Below are positions 52,110 to 64,000 of a stretch of 64,000 bases of DNA, one piece after another. The stretch comes from Lama glama (taxonomy: Eukaryota). Location of the stretch: the NCBI GenBank assembly GCA_028534125.1, contig CM052816.1:35962001-36026000 (forward strand). The letters run 5' to 3'. The notes beneath the pieces were generated by a model that worked only from the letters and a program-made list of their open reading frames with translations, was not told where the DNA came from and searched no databases. A program made the translations under genes and the position numbers. Positions within the stretch are counted from its first letter, which is position 1. Each line of letters begins with the position of its first letter.

Positions 52110-52265
52110 TATTAAAATTAAGTTTTTCTGTTTTGAGTGTGTAATACATGCATATGGTACAAAATTCAAAAGCTGTGAAAGGGTTACACACTGAAAAATG
52201 TCTCTTTCCCACTCCTCCTCTCAACTGTCCAGTTCCCCCAAGTGGCAAATCTTTGTTCATAGGTT
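52110..52265 (-). mobile_element. Old L1ME/MC 3' fragment
   Basis: 'gtaatacatgcatatggtacaaaattcaaaa...aaagggttacac..tgaaaa..tctctttcccac'. Confidence 0.75.
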
Positions 52266-53760
52266 TTGTGGGTACACAAAGCCATAAAAATTGCAGATTT
52301 CCCTTACTCTAGTCCTTAAGGGAAAAAAAAAACCCAAAACAAAAACAGTGGAAACCTTCTGTATTGCCACAGAGAAACTGCTGGTATTAAGAGTCCCACT
52401 GCTTAGAGCACATCCCATCCCATAATTTTTAATATGCCCGGAGGAGGAGCCGTGTCCTCTAAACACTACCTGGGGGCAGCTTGGCTGGACCATGGAAAAC
52501 CCAGCACAGGTCCTGTCCCTAATGGTGACAAAGTCAAGGGGCCCTGAACATTTTATAGCTGAATTCTGCTAACACTTTTACTCCCTAATTCATAAATCAT
52601 GTCAAGATGTGGCTTGAATGAGAATAAATGTAAAATGTGTTCTTAAGCCCTAAGCAGGCACGGAGCCCAGTTTGTTCTCTTGGAGCTGGGTTTGAAAAAT
52701 TATTAAGTTGAAAGGGTTAATGACATCTCATTCTGTTTTCAAATGTATAATGAGTAGCAACTCTGAAAGTTACCATAACAATGCTGGAATGGTTAAGATG
52801 GTGTCACGTTGGAGTATGTGTAACTGGGATTAATAAGATTCTTGTCCTCAATGAATGGTGACCCAGCAAAGTGCAGATGAATCTGAGCATCTCCTGTAAT
52901 GCGTTGACTGTGTGTGTACACATGCAGTCTTCCATACCTGTATTAGCTTCCTTCATCTGTGTAGTGACAGATGCGAGTCAACAGTTAGTGGTTCCCCCCA
53001 AGGGAACTTCCCTGTCTGATGTACTTTGAAGTACAGGTGGTAGCTGGCCCCGCCCTGCAAGTGAGGTGAAGTTTGCACCCCACACTGGCATCTCAGTTCT
53101 TCAGGACAAGGGTGCAAGAAATGCTTGACTTCCTTTGAAAGTATTGATGAGTTGATTCTTTTTTGGAAAATGTAAAGCAGTCCATAGAGAGAGCATGATT
53201 GATGGGAAGTGTGAATGGGGTGGATTAAAAATGATTATACTGGAAAAGCATGGTCCTTGCCATGGGTGTGTGCTTTTTCTCCACCTGTCACAAATAAGTG
53301 ATTTGAAAAACAGCTTATGTCCAGTTGCAGGAAGGAAACATTGATGTTAGACCTTGTAGGTGGAATGTGTGAGTTGTACCAACCAAGAAATATTCAGAAG
53401 CTTCAGGGTCCAATGAAGTAAGTTCTAGGGACCTTCTTAGTTGATGTTGGAATAATGCTTTCTCAGGTATTATTTTAAAATCAACCCAAAGCAAATTTAA
53501 ATCTGTGAAATTTTGTTTAAATTTTGTTTACATGCGTTTACTATACTTTTGAATGACATACTGAATGTGTTAGTAGCGTTGGTAATGCTTAAGTTTTTGA
53601 TAATATAATGACGTGTACCTTGAATTCTGTTTCAAATACATATTCTACTTTGGAAGATTTATTTAAGACTGAGTTTCTGAGGTTTGAGTATTGGATGATT
53701 TCTTAAGAGATATTCTGTATTCACTCTTAATATTTCTTTCAAGATGTAATTTTAGTACAT

Positions 53761-53778
53761 TGTGTGTGTGTGTGTGTG
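53761..53778 (+). repeat. (TG)9 microsatellite
   Basis: Read directly. Confidence 0.95.
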
Positions 53779-54589
53779 ATCTTAAGAAGAGGCTCAAATC
53801 AAAAACCAGATATAGATTTTGAATGGAATTCTGATTTTGACTTGGGATTCATGAAATAATTAGATGCCTGTAGAACTACATGTTGACAACCATAGCTTTC
53901 AAAAAAATATTTCAACAAGAAAAGGCCCCTGTCAGCCCTGCCTGGTGGTGAATAACCAGAGATATTTGGGAACTAAACACAATAGAAGAAACAGGCACAT
54001 CCTCGTTTTACCTCACTTGTCATCTTTGCCTTTGGGAAGTAAGTGAAAAAGTCAAAGTGAAACAGACAATAAATCCACAAAGACTTCTGAATAAACTTTG
54101 AAAAGAACGTTGCCTTGCACAATGTAAATAATTTGTAAATATTCAATGAATGAATGAACAAATGAATGAATCAGTTATTGAATCAGTAAAAATTTAATCA
54201 TATCCCAAGAAGGGGGGTAAAATTTGCATACAACAATTAGTATTTCTCGCTGCTTGTGGTTATAGTATATTTTTCTTTTGCTTGTCCCATTGCCACTTTA
54301 GAAGCCACATCTTCGGCCCAGAACTCATTTACCCCATGAGAAAACCAAATCTTGCTCCCAAGATTTGTGTTTTAAGTATACCATCAATTTTGCAGGACCC
54401 CAGGTTTTACAACATGAATTTAAATTAGAGACCCTGAAACCTGGCAATTGGACTGCTAGGCTGTCTTGGATTTCTGCTTCTGTATTTCCATAGGCATAAC
54501 CTCCCTTAAATACATTTCTCATCCAATGCTGTATGTAATACAAGCCAGCTTGTCTCTCCAACCTTACAGCATAGGGAGTAATTGTTCTA

Positions 54590-55560
54590 GAATTAAACTC
54601 AGCAAATATTTGTTGGCACCTGTTACACAAACACTGTGCTTGTCGCTTTAGGAGATACAGCTGTGTTTAAGACACAGCTCCTGTTTTCAGGGAGCTTTTA
54701 CAGTCAGAGGGCACGTAAGAGCAGTGCAAATATAGCTGTCACTCAAGGCGCAAGGTGCTATGAGGCTGAACAAAATTTTCATCATTTCCCTGCTCAGGAA
54801 GTTACAGTGACTCTCTATAAGCCTTTGAAACAAATTAAAAATTCCCAGCCTTCATAATTTGATAGGATCCTAGCTGCTTAAACTTGTGTTCTACTACAAT
54901 CCTCTACTCAGCTTCTGTCCTCTGCCTGATACTGTCCTGAACACATCCATCCACACACTCTTCCCCTCCTTTGCTCATTTACCGTTTCTGCAGGTAGCAC
55001 TGGTGGTCAGATACTGTGCTAGGGACGCTGGGGGGAAACAAAAATGTGTCAGTCCCTGCTGTGAGCAACTCACCATCTAGTGGGAGGAGAAAGGCAAGAA
55101 ACCAAAGTTCTTACGGATCAGTGTGTTGTGATAGAACACATAAAGTGCTCAGGGAGGCCTCCCGGAGGAAGGGAATCTTGCCAGAAGTTGATGAGGTGCT
55201 CACCAAGGAGAAGAGGGAGCGGGAAGCATTACAGGCAGAAATGGTGTGAAGCAGTTCATGGATGCAGGGCAGAATGTGGCATGATCAGGATGCTGGTGGC
55301 AGAAATATAGCATAGGACCAAGGGGGCAAAAATAACATGGGCAGAATCCAGGAGCCAGATGATGGCGAGCCTTGACTCCTACGCCAGGGAGTTTGTTCTT
55401 TATCTTCTGTTAAGAAGATCCACCTGGAGCTTCAAACACAGATGTGAACAGATGTGGATCTTAGAATGCTCTGGCAGCAGATGCTGGAGGCAGACAGGCC
55501 AGAGGGTTGGAACCTTCCCATGCAAAGGAGGAAAGCAATGAGGAGGTCCTAAAATCATTG
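54590..55560 (-). mobile_element. Two L2 fragments (about 54590-54770 and 54960-55560)
   Basis: 'actcagcaaatatttgttggcacct...ggagatacagctgtg...gggagctttacagtc'; 'cagatactgtgctagggacgctggg...gagggaggcctcccggagga...ccagggagtttgttctttatc'. Confidence 0.8.
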
Positions 55561-55610
55561 TCAGAGTTACAGCCCCTAGATCTTCCCTGCCTCACGTATG
55601 TATACATATA

Positions 55611-55939
55611 TGTATAATTTTCAGGACAGGATGTGTTGTGCTGCAGTAACAAACAGCTCCAGATCTCAGGGGCACAATCAAGTTTATTTCTTACTGCAGG
55701 TAACTGGTCTCCAGTCAGTGACCCAGTATAGCTTCAGTGAGGCTGCTTCATTAGCGGGGCTTTGTCATTTCAACACAAGCTCCCATGTAAGAGAACATGA
55801 AGGGTCTTGACTTCAGCCCACAAGCGACTTACCTTCCTTCTGCTCCCAACTCTGGCAGGTGGTGGGAAGGGTATAATGCTCTGTGTGCTCAGAAGGGGGA
55901 GAAAGTGGATATGGGTAAACTGTAGAAACCCCTACCACT
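55611..55939 (-). mobile_element. MLT1 (MaLR) solo LTR, MLT1J/K-like
   Basis: 'tcaggacagg..gttgtgctgcagtaacaaacagctccagatctcag..gc..aagtttatttcttact' and end 'ggtaaac..ctaccac'. Confidence 0.8.
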
Positions 55940-57589
55940 CCATAATCTGTCGTCATTTTTTTCATTTAGTTCATCGGGATTTCTCTGTATTATCTGATCC
56001 ACTCTTTACTGTTTAGTTTTGCATTTCCTTAAAATTATCGACTTGTTGCTTTCTGGTGCTTTGTTTCTCGTGCTGCCTGAACCTGGTAAGTTCTCCAAGA
56101 TGGGGTTCTGTTTTCTATGTCTTCTCAGTTTCATAGTTTCTTACCGGTCGTGACACTGAGGGACCAGCCAGGAAGCTAAGCGGGTGCTTGTGAAAACACA
56201 TGGGATTGCATTTATCAGGTTTGGCTCTTTTTCTTTCTGAGCCTAGATGGTCTTTTACACGCACCCGGGAATCATCTGATTTGTGTTTCTTTTTGCTTGG
56301 GATTTCACGTCCATCGCATGACTGGAATTTGATTGGAACTCAAATGAATCAGTAGAGGTCGACTCTGTTTTACTGTAAAGCCTTTAATGTCACTTTGCCT
56401 ATGAGACCCTCATTCCTTGTACCTGCCCAGCAAAAATTGCACATTTACCCTGAATGTGACATTGCCTTGGCACATTTGAAAGGTGAATCTGAAAGTTTAA
56501 GGGCATCTAAATATGCCATCCTCTCTTTGGCATCCAGTTGGCGAGGTTCAATAGAAAACAAATCAACTGCCATCCTCTGTTGAAAATAAGCACGCAAAGC
56601 TCTCGCTGAAAAAAGGAATCTTGCAAAATGAATTCATACGCCATAGAAGGTGAGGTCGGGACCCATGGAGCGCTCTATCTGAAACAGCGTTTGCTCGCCC
56701 AGACGGCACATTTCATCCTTTCTTGGTCAATCTCTTTGACTCCTTCCCTCCTAAGCCTGACGTTTAAAATCGGTGAGAGTCAGTGAAACAAACCCCAGTT
56801 CCGATTAATTCCCCATTGAATAAAGACAGAGTAAGTGAGTATCTGTAGCTTCTAAACATAATCCATAGGAAGTAGGTAGGGCTATAATTATTTCTGGCCC
56901 CAACCCAAAAAGCCAACGGATCAATTCACTCTTTCTCAAGGACCAATCCTACCACAAACATTTTCTGCCCTGAAAAAAGAGACGTTCATTCAGTAGTAAC
57001 AGGGCTAGCTGTTTATCTGTCATCTGGCGAACCTGAAACACTTACATTATGCTGCACACCTCAGGAAGTTACTTCCCGGCTTCTACTTCTTCCTGAGAAT
57101 GTGCTGCTGTGATGTGTGTGTGTGGAGTCTTGCTTTATTTTTTACATTGAATTTGCATTTTAACATTTCTTCATTCTTCATAGTTATGAGGGAACTTTCT
57201 TTTCTCCAGTCATTGCTACCTTGGGACTGCTGGTATTGGGAGCTGGGCTAAAACTGGGCCATGTAATGCAGACAGAACTGAGATGCAGAGAAGGGATCTG
57301 AATAGAAGTTCAAGGAAAAAGAACAGGATTAGGAATTCACCCCCCCCAGATGTTTATTCCCTGCCTTTTTCCATTTTTGTCTTTTGCCCTGTCAGTGTGT
57401 TTCTCCTGCAGTGTCTTTATCTTTGTTTCTCGCCCATCTTCCTTTTTTTTTTTTCTTTTAGATCTTGCTTCTCCTTGGCACCTTTATCTGTCAGATAAAT
57501 TTCCTTCTCTATGCCTCACTGTAGTTGCCTGAAACTCTGCTGTCTCAGAATTGGGATGCAAATGCAAAATAATCAGAACTGTCACAACA

Positions 57590-57740
57590 ATAACAGCTCC
57601 TCATCTTCCCTGTGCCCTTCCTAGCTGCCCTGGGCTTTAGAGGCACTGTCTCTGTAATCCTTCACCATTAGTCTTACTTAGTTTATTTGCCTGAGGTCAT
57701 ACAGCAGGGAAGTGGCAGAGATGGGTTTCCTAGTGGTCTT
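57590..57740 (-). mobile_element. MIR SINE (degraded)
   Basis: 'aataacagct...atttgcctgaggtcatacagcagggaagtggcagagatggg'. Confidence 0.7.
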
Positions 57741-60039
57741 GCTGTCAGTAGTGAGGCCCTTAGAGTAAAATCTTGGGGCAGTTATACAGTTTGTATCACT
57801 GACTCACACATCTGAAACTCAGAAGAACTCTCAAGAGACCATCTGGTGCCACCCCAGCTTTCTGATTAGTCTCATTCCAGTGGACTACATGCACAACGTC
57901 TGTTCCATTGGATCCATTTACAACTTCTATATTCGTTCTGAATCAGATCCTCAATGTGACTTGGAGGCCATGCAGTGAGAAAGAAATTTCTCCCATGTTA
58001 TCGTTGCTGGAACCTGGCAAATTCCAGTGCTGACTCCATCAGTAGAAGCAGCAGTTTGGAGAACCAGGCGTCCCCTCTCGCTGTGGGCACCTACTCCATA
58101 ATTCTCAGAAGACTTGAAACCATTAACCTTGGCAGGGGAGCAGAGAGAGCTCCTGAGCTCAGCTTGATACAGATGCTAAAGGTGTTCAGCAGTTGCAAAG
58201 TCGCAGCTGTGTTACCTGTTTGGCACTAATTAGGAGTTACCATGAATCTGCTTGACAATTAAGGACAGAGTGAACTTTAAGGCAGATTGGTACCATGGGA
58301 CAGCAAACAGTTCTCAGGCAAGCATAATGAAAATTTGCACCAAGTACTGGGTGTTACCGAGACTATAAACTTTCTTTAATAATGCAGATTCAAATGGATA
58401 AATAAAAGTCTGAAGTGGGCTTTCTGCCACTTGGAGAGAGTTGCTCTCGGGGAATAACACTGTTTCAAATCCTTGATGGTGCAAGTAGTTATGTGTGTGT
58501 TGTATCACCTACCAGATGAGTCATTACTTCAACACTAGCCTTAACCACTTCTTGGATTTCAGTTGCTTGGTTTTGAACTAATATATCAGAGTCAGAACAG
58601 CTTAGCAATTAAATAGCTCTCTAAAGTGGGAAAGCACAAAAAGGCTCAGTTTCTCTAAAAGTCAGACTTGATGGGACATGTTGTAAGATAGAACTTCCCC
58701 AGGTTTAGTTTCTGTTCTTCCTTGCTTTCTTTTCTCTCAATAATTTGTGCACATATGCATCTGTCCCCATTCACTTGGCCCTAGGTCATGAGGGCCCTTA
58801 GATCACGTGCTTTTGGTGGGCTGGAAAACTGCCTGAGGGCAGGCCAAGGGCTCTGTTCTCTAAGGACCTGCTGCTATGTTGCAGGCAAGGCAAGATTGCC
58901 TGTCATCATCCAGCGTCTAAGAAAGAGACAGCAGCCTAGATGTGACGTAGAGCTAGGATTCAGGGAGACGTGCAGAGTTCAGGAGAAACCCGCGTGCCAT
59001 GAGGTGTAGTTGAAAACTGTAAATATAATTAAGCCAGGTGGATTCCATGACGACAAAGCGGATTAGGGCCTGGGTGGATCTGGTAGACCACTGAGACCTC
59101 TGTGAGTCAATGTCAGTTTATTTATACCCCTTCTCAGAGGGGAAAAACAACAACAACATAGTTTGATGTCTAAATGAAGTAATCTCTGGGAAGAAAAGGG
59201 AGATTATATTTGTTAAACTGTATAAAAAAATCAGAAGATAATGTGGCTTTGTTCACAGTATTACATAAAGAAGATTAAAGACGAGGAACAAGCTGCTTAA
59301 ACACTGTAAACTAATTAGTTCGACGAATTGTTTTCCCGAGGTTCATGAGATATGAAACATTGGCATCAGTGCGTGAAATACACTCTGCCTCAGTGCTCTT
59401 TTCAATTTATTTTTCTGTTAGTGTCATATGTATGTATATATATAAAAAACAGCAGCCAAAAAGAAAGAGGTTACAGAGGAGACCAAAGCCTGTCAGATGA
59501 CTGGGGCTGACACCTTGTCATCTTAAGCCTGGCGCGGGAGGGTCCTCCTCTAACACCCTGTATAAATACCAGCTTCGTCTTCTGCCATCACAGGCCACGC
59601 TGCTCTCATGATGTCCTGACAAGGCCCCCGGGAGTTCCTGCTGCTGCTCGGAGCGCTCTGGCAGCTCCCAGCATGGCGGGGCCAGTCCCGGGTCCTTCCT
59701 TAGCTGGTTTCCCGGAAGCTGGGTCTTTCCTGACAGCAGCTGTTGGGGACCCAGAAGGAGGGCGGGGCCAGGGACCTGCCATCCTCAACTTCTCCTGCCC
59801 ATGTTCAAGCTAGAGATCTACTTTCTTTTTTTTGATTTTAAAATCAAATACTTACTAGGTGGGGGACCAGCAAAGGCTATGTTTTTATTCCCCAAACAAC
59901 AGCTAAATGTATTTACTTAATTTAAACACGAATAGCAAGTTTCATTTTTTTTTTAAATGTCACACATTTTCTTTCTCAGAAATTTAACTTTGAGTTGTAT
60001 TATTAGGGCAGTGGATGAATTCTGTTGTCCCCCTGACTC

Positions 60040-61610
60040 TCCATCATCACTTGTCTGCTTCCCTTCCTGTGTTTATTGTACAAAAACAGGGAACATCCTT
60101 GCTCCCTACTGTAAGCATTCTCAGGTCTCCTAGTCGGAATGAATCACTACTTTCTCTGTGTTCTTAGAGAACTAGGTATACAACTGTGCATAAGAACACT
60201 GTCCTCTTTCTTTTTATCTTACCGTCAGACTTCTTAAAGGTGCACTTGCTATTGTCACTTTATCCCTGGCTCCTGGCCCAGCCCTGTGGAGAACGCTGTC
60301 CCCACAGCACCTGCTGACCTCCTTATGGTCAGATCCATTGATCTCAGTTCCCATGGCCCCAGGACACCACTCCCACTCCCTCCAGCATTCAGGACTGTGG
60401 CCGGCTTCCTTTCTGAAACTCTCCTGAATCCAGGAGAGCCGGGGTTCTCTTTCCTCATGTACAGTTGGACCCCTCTCAGGCCTTATTTCCAGCTATCATC
60501 TCTCTGCAGAGGACTCTCATACCCTGCTGCACACCTCTGTGTCTATCCCATTCACTGCTGTAGCCCCAGAATCTCGAACAGTGCCTGCCATAGAGCAGGA
60601 GCTCAGTAAATCCGTGCTGAGTGACTCATACAGGACTCCCTAGGATGTGCGCTTGTCAATGCCTCAGACTCAGGAAGTCAGTCACCACACGTACTGCGCT
60701 TGTCTGCCAAGCCTGTGTCTCCTCAGTGGTTCATCCTTTAGGGCTAGCTCTCCTCCCCTGGGCTCAGATTCCGGTCATTATCGCGTTCGCCTTTCTGCTC
60801 ACTGCTAAGCCGTCCCCATCCTGTGAGGTCCGCTTCCCCACCACCTCTCAGTCCTTCCCTCATCTTCACTCCCTTTTCTAGACTCTTGTGCCAGCCATCA
60901 GCAAGTCTTCCCTCGACAGCTTAATCCAAGGGTCTTGTAACTGCCGTCCCTGACATCTGTTCATCCTCCTCTCTGCTGTCAGGATGACTCCCCCCCACCA
61001 GTCACAATTCTGAGTATATTGAAAACATAGTATCATTCCTTATCATAATGAAGTCAAGAAGGTTAGTGTTTACCAGCTCTTTGCCTTTCAGTCTGGCACT
61101 TGTTTATAGGTCTCACTCCAGTCTCCACTATTTCTGTGTCCTCACTCAAGCCCAGCTTCCCCAGTGTCTCAGCACCTTGGTTCTGTTTAAATCCTGGCTT
61201 CTTCTGAGAAGGTCCCTGTGAAGCCCTCCTTTAAGGTTGTCTGCCTTCTAGGCACTTAGCAAAGGGCACCAGTTTCATAACTGATTTATTGATCACCTCC
61301 CCCTTCCCACTAGAAAGCTTTGGAGGGCAGAGTCTGTGTCATTGGGCTTATATCCATCTAGTACCTAGGACAGTGCTTTACATGTAGCTTGATGCATTAC
61401 ATTAAAAAAATTGAATTCTAGCCTTTATTACACTTTACCATCAATTATAGTTGATAATGGATGGTTGGCATTTCTTGGTTGCTTGTCACTAAACTCCTTA
61501 GGAGCAGAGAGGGTCTCTGATATATCTTTGTATCCTTTCATAGGGCAAGAAGTAGGTTCACACAGAATGTGGTTGAATTTCATTTTAAATAAGGAGAGTG
61601 AATGTTGACG
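60040..61610 (+). mobile_element. Cluster of L2 fragments
   Basis: 'ctgtagccccagaatctcgaacagtgcctgccatagagcaggagctcagtaaat', 'ccactagaaagctttggagggcagagtctgtgtc...ctagtacctaggacagtgc', 'aaactccttaggagcagag..tctttgtatcc'. Confidence 0.75.
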
Positions 61611-62024
61611 GGATAAAAATGCTGATGGTGCTAGCAGTATGTTGATTTACAGAAAAAAATTCTTGAATTTGAGCATTAGTGTATATTTCGTTAAGCAGTC
61701 ATATCAAAAATTGGCTTTTCCAATTTCAACTGGAGCCTGTGTGTATGAAGCATATCTGTAGGGTACTTTGTACATAGAAATACATAGTATTCTGTATTTT
61801 CTAATGACTTTTTAAAAAACTGATAAAAGCAGACACTTGTAGGTTTTAGACATCACATTGTAGAATTAAATCAGTACTATTTCAACTGAATTTCTGTATT
61901 TTACTTTTTTTTATATATATAAAAGACTATTTCCAGAGTTGCAGGTATTGTACTCTCGAAACCCTATTTCCTTTATCTTGTTTTTCAAAATATACTGGTA
62001 TGCTTTTTTAAAATTACTACTTTC

Positions 62025-62255
62025 AGACAGTATAGCAAATTAAGAGTGAGGTGAGTGTGTATATGTCCAAAAAAAAAAAAAAGAGTGAGGGCTCTGGAGT
62101 CAGATACTCTAAGACTCAGTTTCCTTATCTGTAAAATGGGGCTAATCACGATCCTACTTCATCATACACTGTGAAGATGTGAGGCTGTGCCTGTAAAGCT
62201 CTTAAAATGCTTGGCACACATTTACTCCACACATGGTTAGGTAATATTATTCCTT
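62025..62255 (+). mobile_element. MIR SINE carrying a micro retro-insertion
   Basis: 'cagtatagc..ttaagag' then, after the insert, 'gggctctggagtcaga...ctcagtttccttatctgtaaaatggggctaat'. Confidence 0.88.
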
Positions 62256-62926
62256 TATTTTAACTGGGATTTGTGTAGGGAGGGAGTTGTGTATTTGGTA
62301 GGGGAAACTGTAAAGAAAAGGACTTTCCTGGTGCTTTCTAGCTCATGGACAGCAATGGCCGTGAGTGACTCCCTGGAAGACTTGTGTCTCCTGTAACCTT
62401 AAAACCCTGTGACAGCATTAAATCACTTTTTTGTCCTAAATAAGGATAGTTATCATTTAGTTTTTTTAAAAATATGTTTTCATTTATTGAGGTCAGTGCA
62501 TTTGTGTCGAACAATTGAAACCTGACAAGAAAAATCAAGGGTAGCCTGGGCACTGCTCAATTATTACTCTGATCAGATTTTAATTAGCCCCAGATGTAGA
62601 AGGAAGTGCTATTTTTATTATCCATTACCGTGCGCTTGCTTACATATTTACCCTGAGGATACGAGGGTTTTATTAATTATTTCTGTTGGCAACCAAGACA
62701 GTAGTTTTGACTTCTGAATTGAAATTTGCCAACCTGTTTCAACACTAAGAACCACTGTAAAAAATGAGCAGTGCTATTGACTAAACGGGAACAAATTTCT
62801 ACAAACTAGAGTAAGTCGTTGTTGGGATGAGGTCAGCCTTACCTCTTATTCACCTTATTTCAGACCCCATCGCTTACAGATTATTTTTTTAATCCATTAA
62901 AATTACTTTTTGACTTTGAGGACTTT

Positions 62927-63004
62927 TTTTTCCCCCGTCTTTATTGAGGTATAATTGACCAATAGAATTATAAGATATTTAAAGTGTCCATTGTGATGAG
63001 TTAA
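62927..63004 (-). mobile_element. Very short L1 3' end with 12-bp TSD
   Basis: 'ctttattgaggtataattgac..atagaattataagatatttaaagtgt..attgtgatga'. Flanks tttgaggacttt (62915) / tttgaggccttt (63005). Confidence 0.85.
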
Positions 63005-64000
63005 TTTGAGGCCTTTGAATCGATACAAATTGTCATCATGTATTTGCGTCTCTTTTAGTGTAGTATACCTTCCTGACCAAATGGTTAGCGTTGCTTAACT
63101 ATGTGTTTTTGGAACAGCCTGAGAGAAGTATAAAAACTTCCATGAATAAAATGAAGGTTTTGTTTTAGAAAGCAAACTAATGAAGTATGAGCAAGCCTAA
63201 TGACAATAGTAAATGGGAGTATGAAAAAAAATTCAGTCCTTTTACAAAAATAATTAAATACTGAGGGACGTCTATTGGTTCCAGAAGTAAACTCAGGTCA
63301 CCCTGTCTCAGTTACTGAGACTGATGAGCTCCAGTTGGTATGTTTATTCCTTTGCCCCTGCCAGTTTTTGGCATTTTTTAATGCTGTCTAGAAGTTTGCA
63401 ACTTTCTTGCAATATATTTCTTCCTGTCTGACTTTTACGACTTCCCCCATAAAATGTATTGGTTGTCTGAGTCTCACAAATCCTAAACTACTTAATGGCG
63501 GTGGCTGCATCCATTATGCTGTTCTGTGTGTTTGTGTGTTTTTTCTCAGACATCTGTGTAGATAGCTTCTGAAATTTACAAAACCTTTGTGACTAATCCC
63601 ACAGGTTGACCTGAGCAGGGGCAGTGTTTGTTGCTGCTAATTACATAGGGCAAACCTTTGGGAAATAGGCCCTTTGTTAATGATGAATCTGAGCAAGCAA
63701 CTAAACATTCCTGAATAATGCGGAGAATATTGCTCACTTAGGTTCTTTCTGCCTGTGGATCCCTGCCTGCCTCTTCTTTCTCTGTAGAGGTCTAGCCACT
63801 GTGCTTGATGTGCATATTAATTGGTGGACAAGGAAGAGAAGGGAGAACTTTTTGGCAACAGGGCAGACAAACAGCTGCATGATAAGGCACCTGTGGATTA
63901 TTAGGTATAGCATAATGAGTAGTAGTGCTGTCAGGGCATTATATATTTATCAGTGTTTTTTGTCAGGCTCTTTCCTTCCTAGAGCTTGAAAACCTGCTCC

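Noticed and set aside
63883..63900. TAAGGCAC (miR-124/miR-506 seed-like)
   Set aside because: Only the 8-mer matches; no mature sequence or hairpin.
1928..63989. All ORFs in the supplied six-frame track (60-128 aa)
   Set aside because: None resembles a protein family I recognise. Lengths fit random expectation, many start at GTG/TTG, and many overlap repeats or low-complexity DNA.
1..64000. CRISPR array, prokaryotic defence system, rRNA/tRNA or intact retroelement ORFs
   Set aside because: No regularly spaced repeats, no gene-dense structure and no RT/transposase-length ORFs. The sequence is mammalian non-coding DNA.

Overview
This is mammalian non-coding DNA, about 40% GC by eye and CpG-depleted. 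It is not microbial: I found no operons, CRISPR arrays, rRNA, tRNA or convincing protein-coding ORF. The window is a mosaic of ancient eutherian interspersed repeats (MIR, L2, old L1M, hAT DNA transposons, MaLR/ERVL/ERV1 solo LTRs) separated by unique tracts, several of which look like regulatory DNA. Two younger L1 3' ends resemble cetartiodactyl L1s. I saw no Alu, B1/B2, Can-SINE, Bov-tA/BovB, PRE-1 or CHR SINE, so a camelid-like host is plausible (inference). Most L1 fragments are on the minus strand, which fits a large intron of a plus-strand gene that I cannot identify. The best sequence-level observations are: (i) an old ~190-bp direct duplication 825 bp apart with a perfectly kept 27-bp TAATTA/AAACAAAT core; (ii) a CpG-enriched, motif-dense block with a near-textbook donor-branchpoint-acceptor-donor splice series at 9.4-10.3 kb; (iii) a 29-nt retro-insertion with a perfect 10-bp target-site duplication (TSD); (iv) several nested insertions with readable TSDs; (v) a few palindromes, one G-quadruplex and CTCF-like motifs. 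I do not see evidence for a novel multi-gene system. Repeat family names come from recalled consensus similarity, not from a search, and old-repeat boundaries are approximate.
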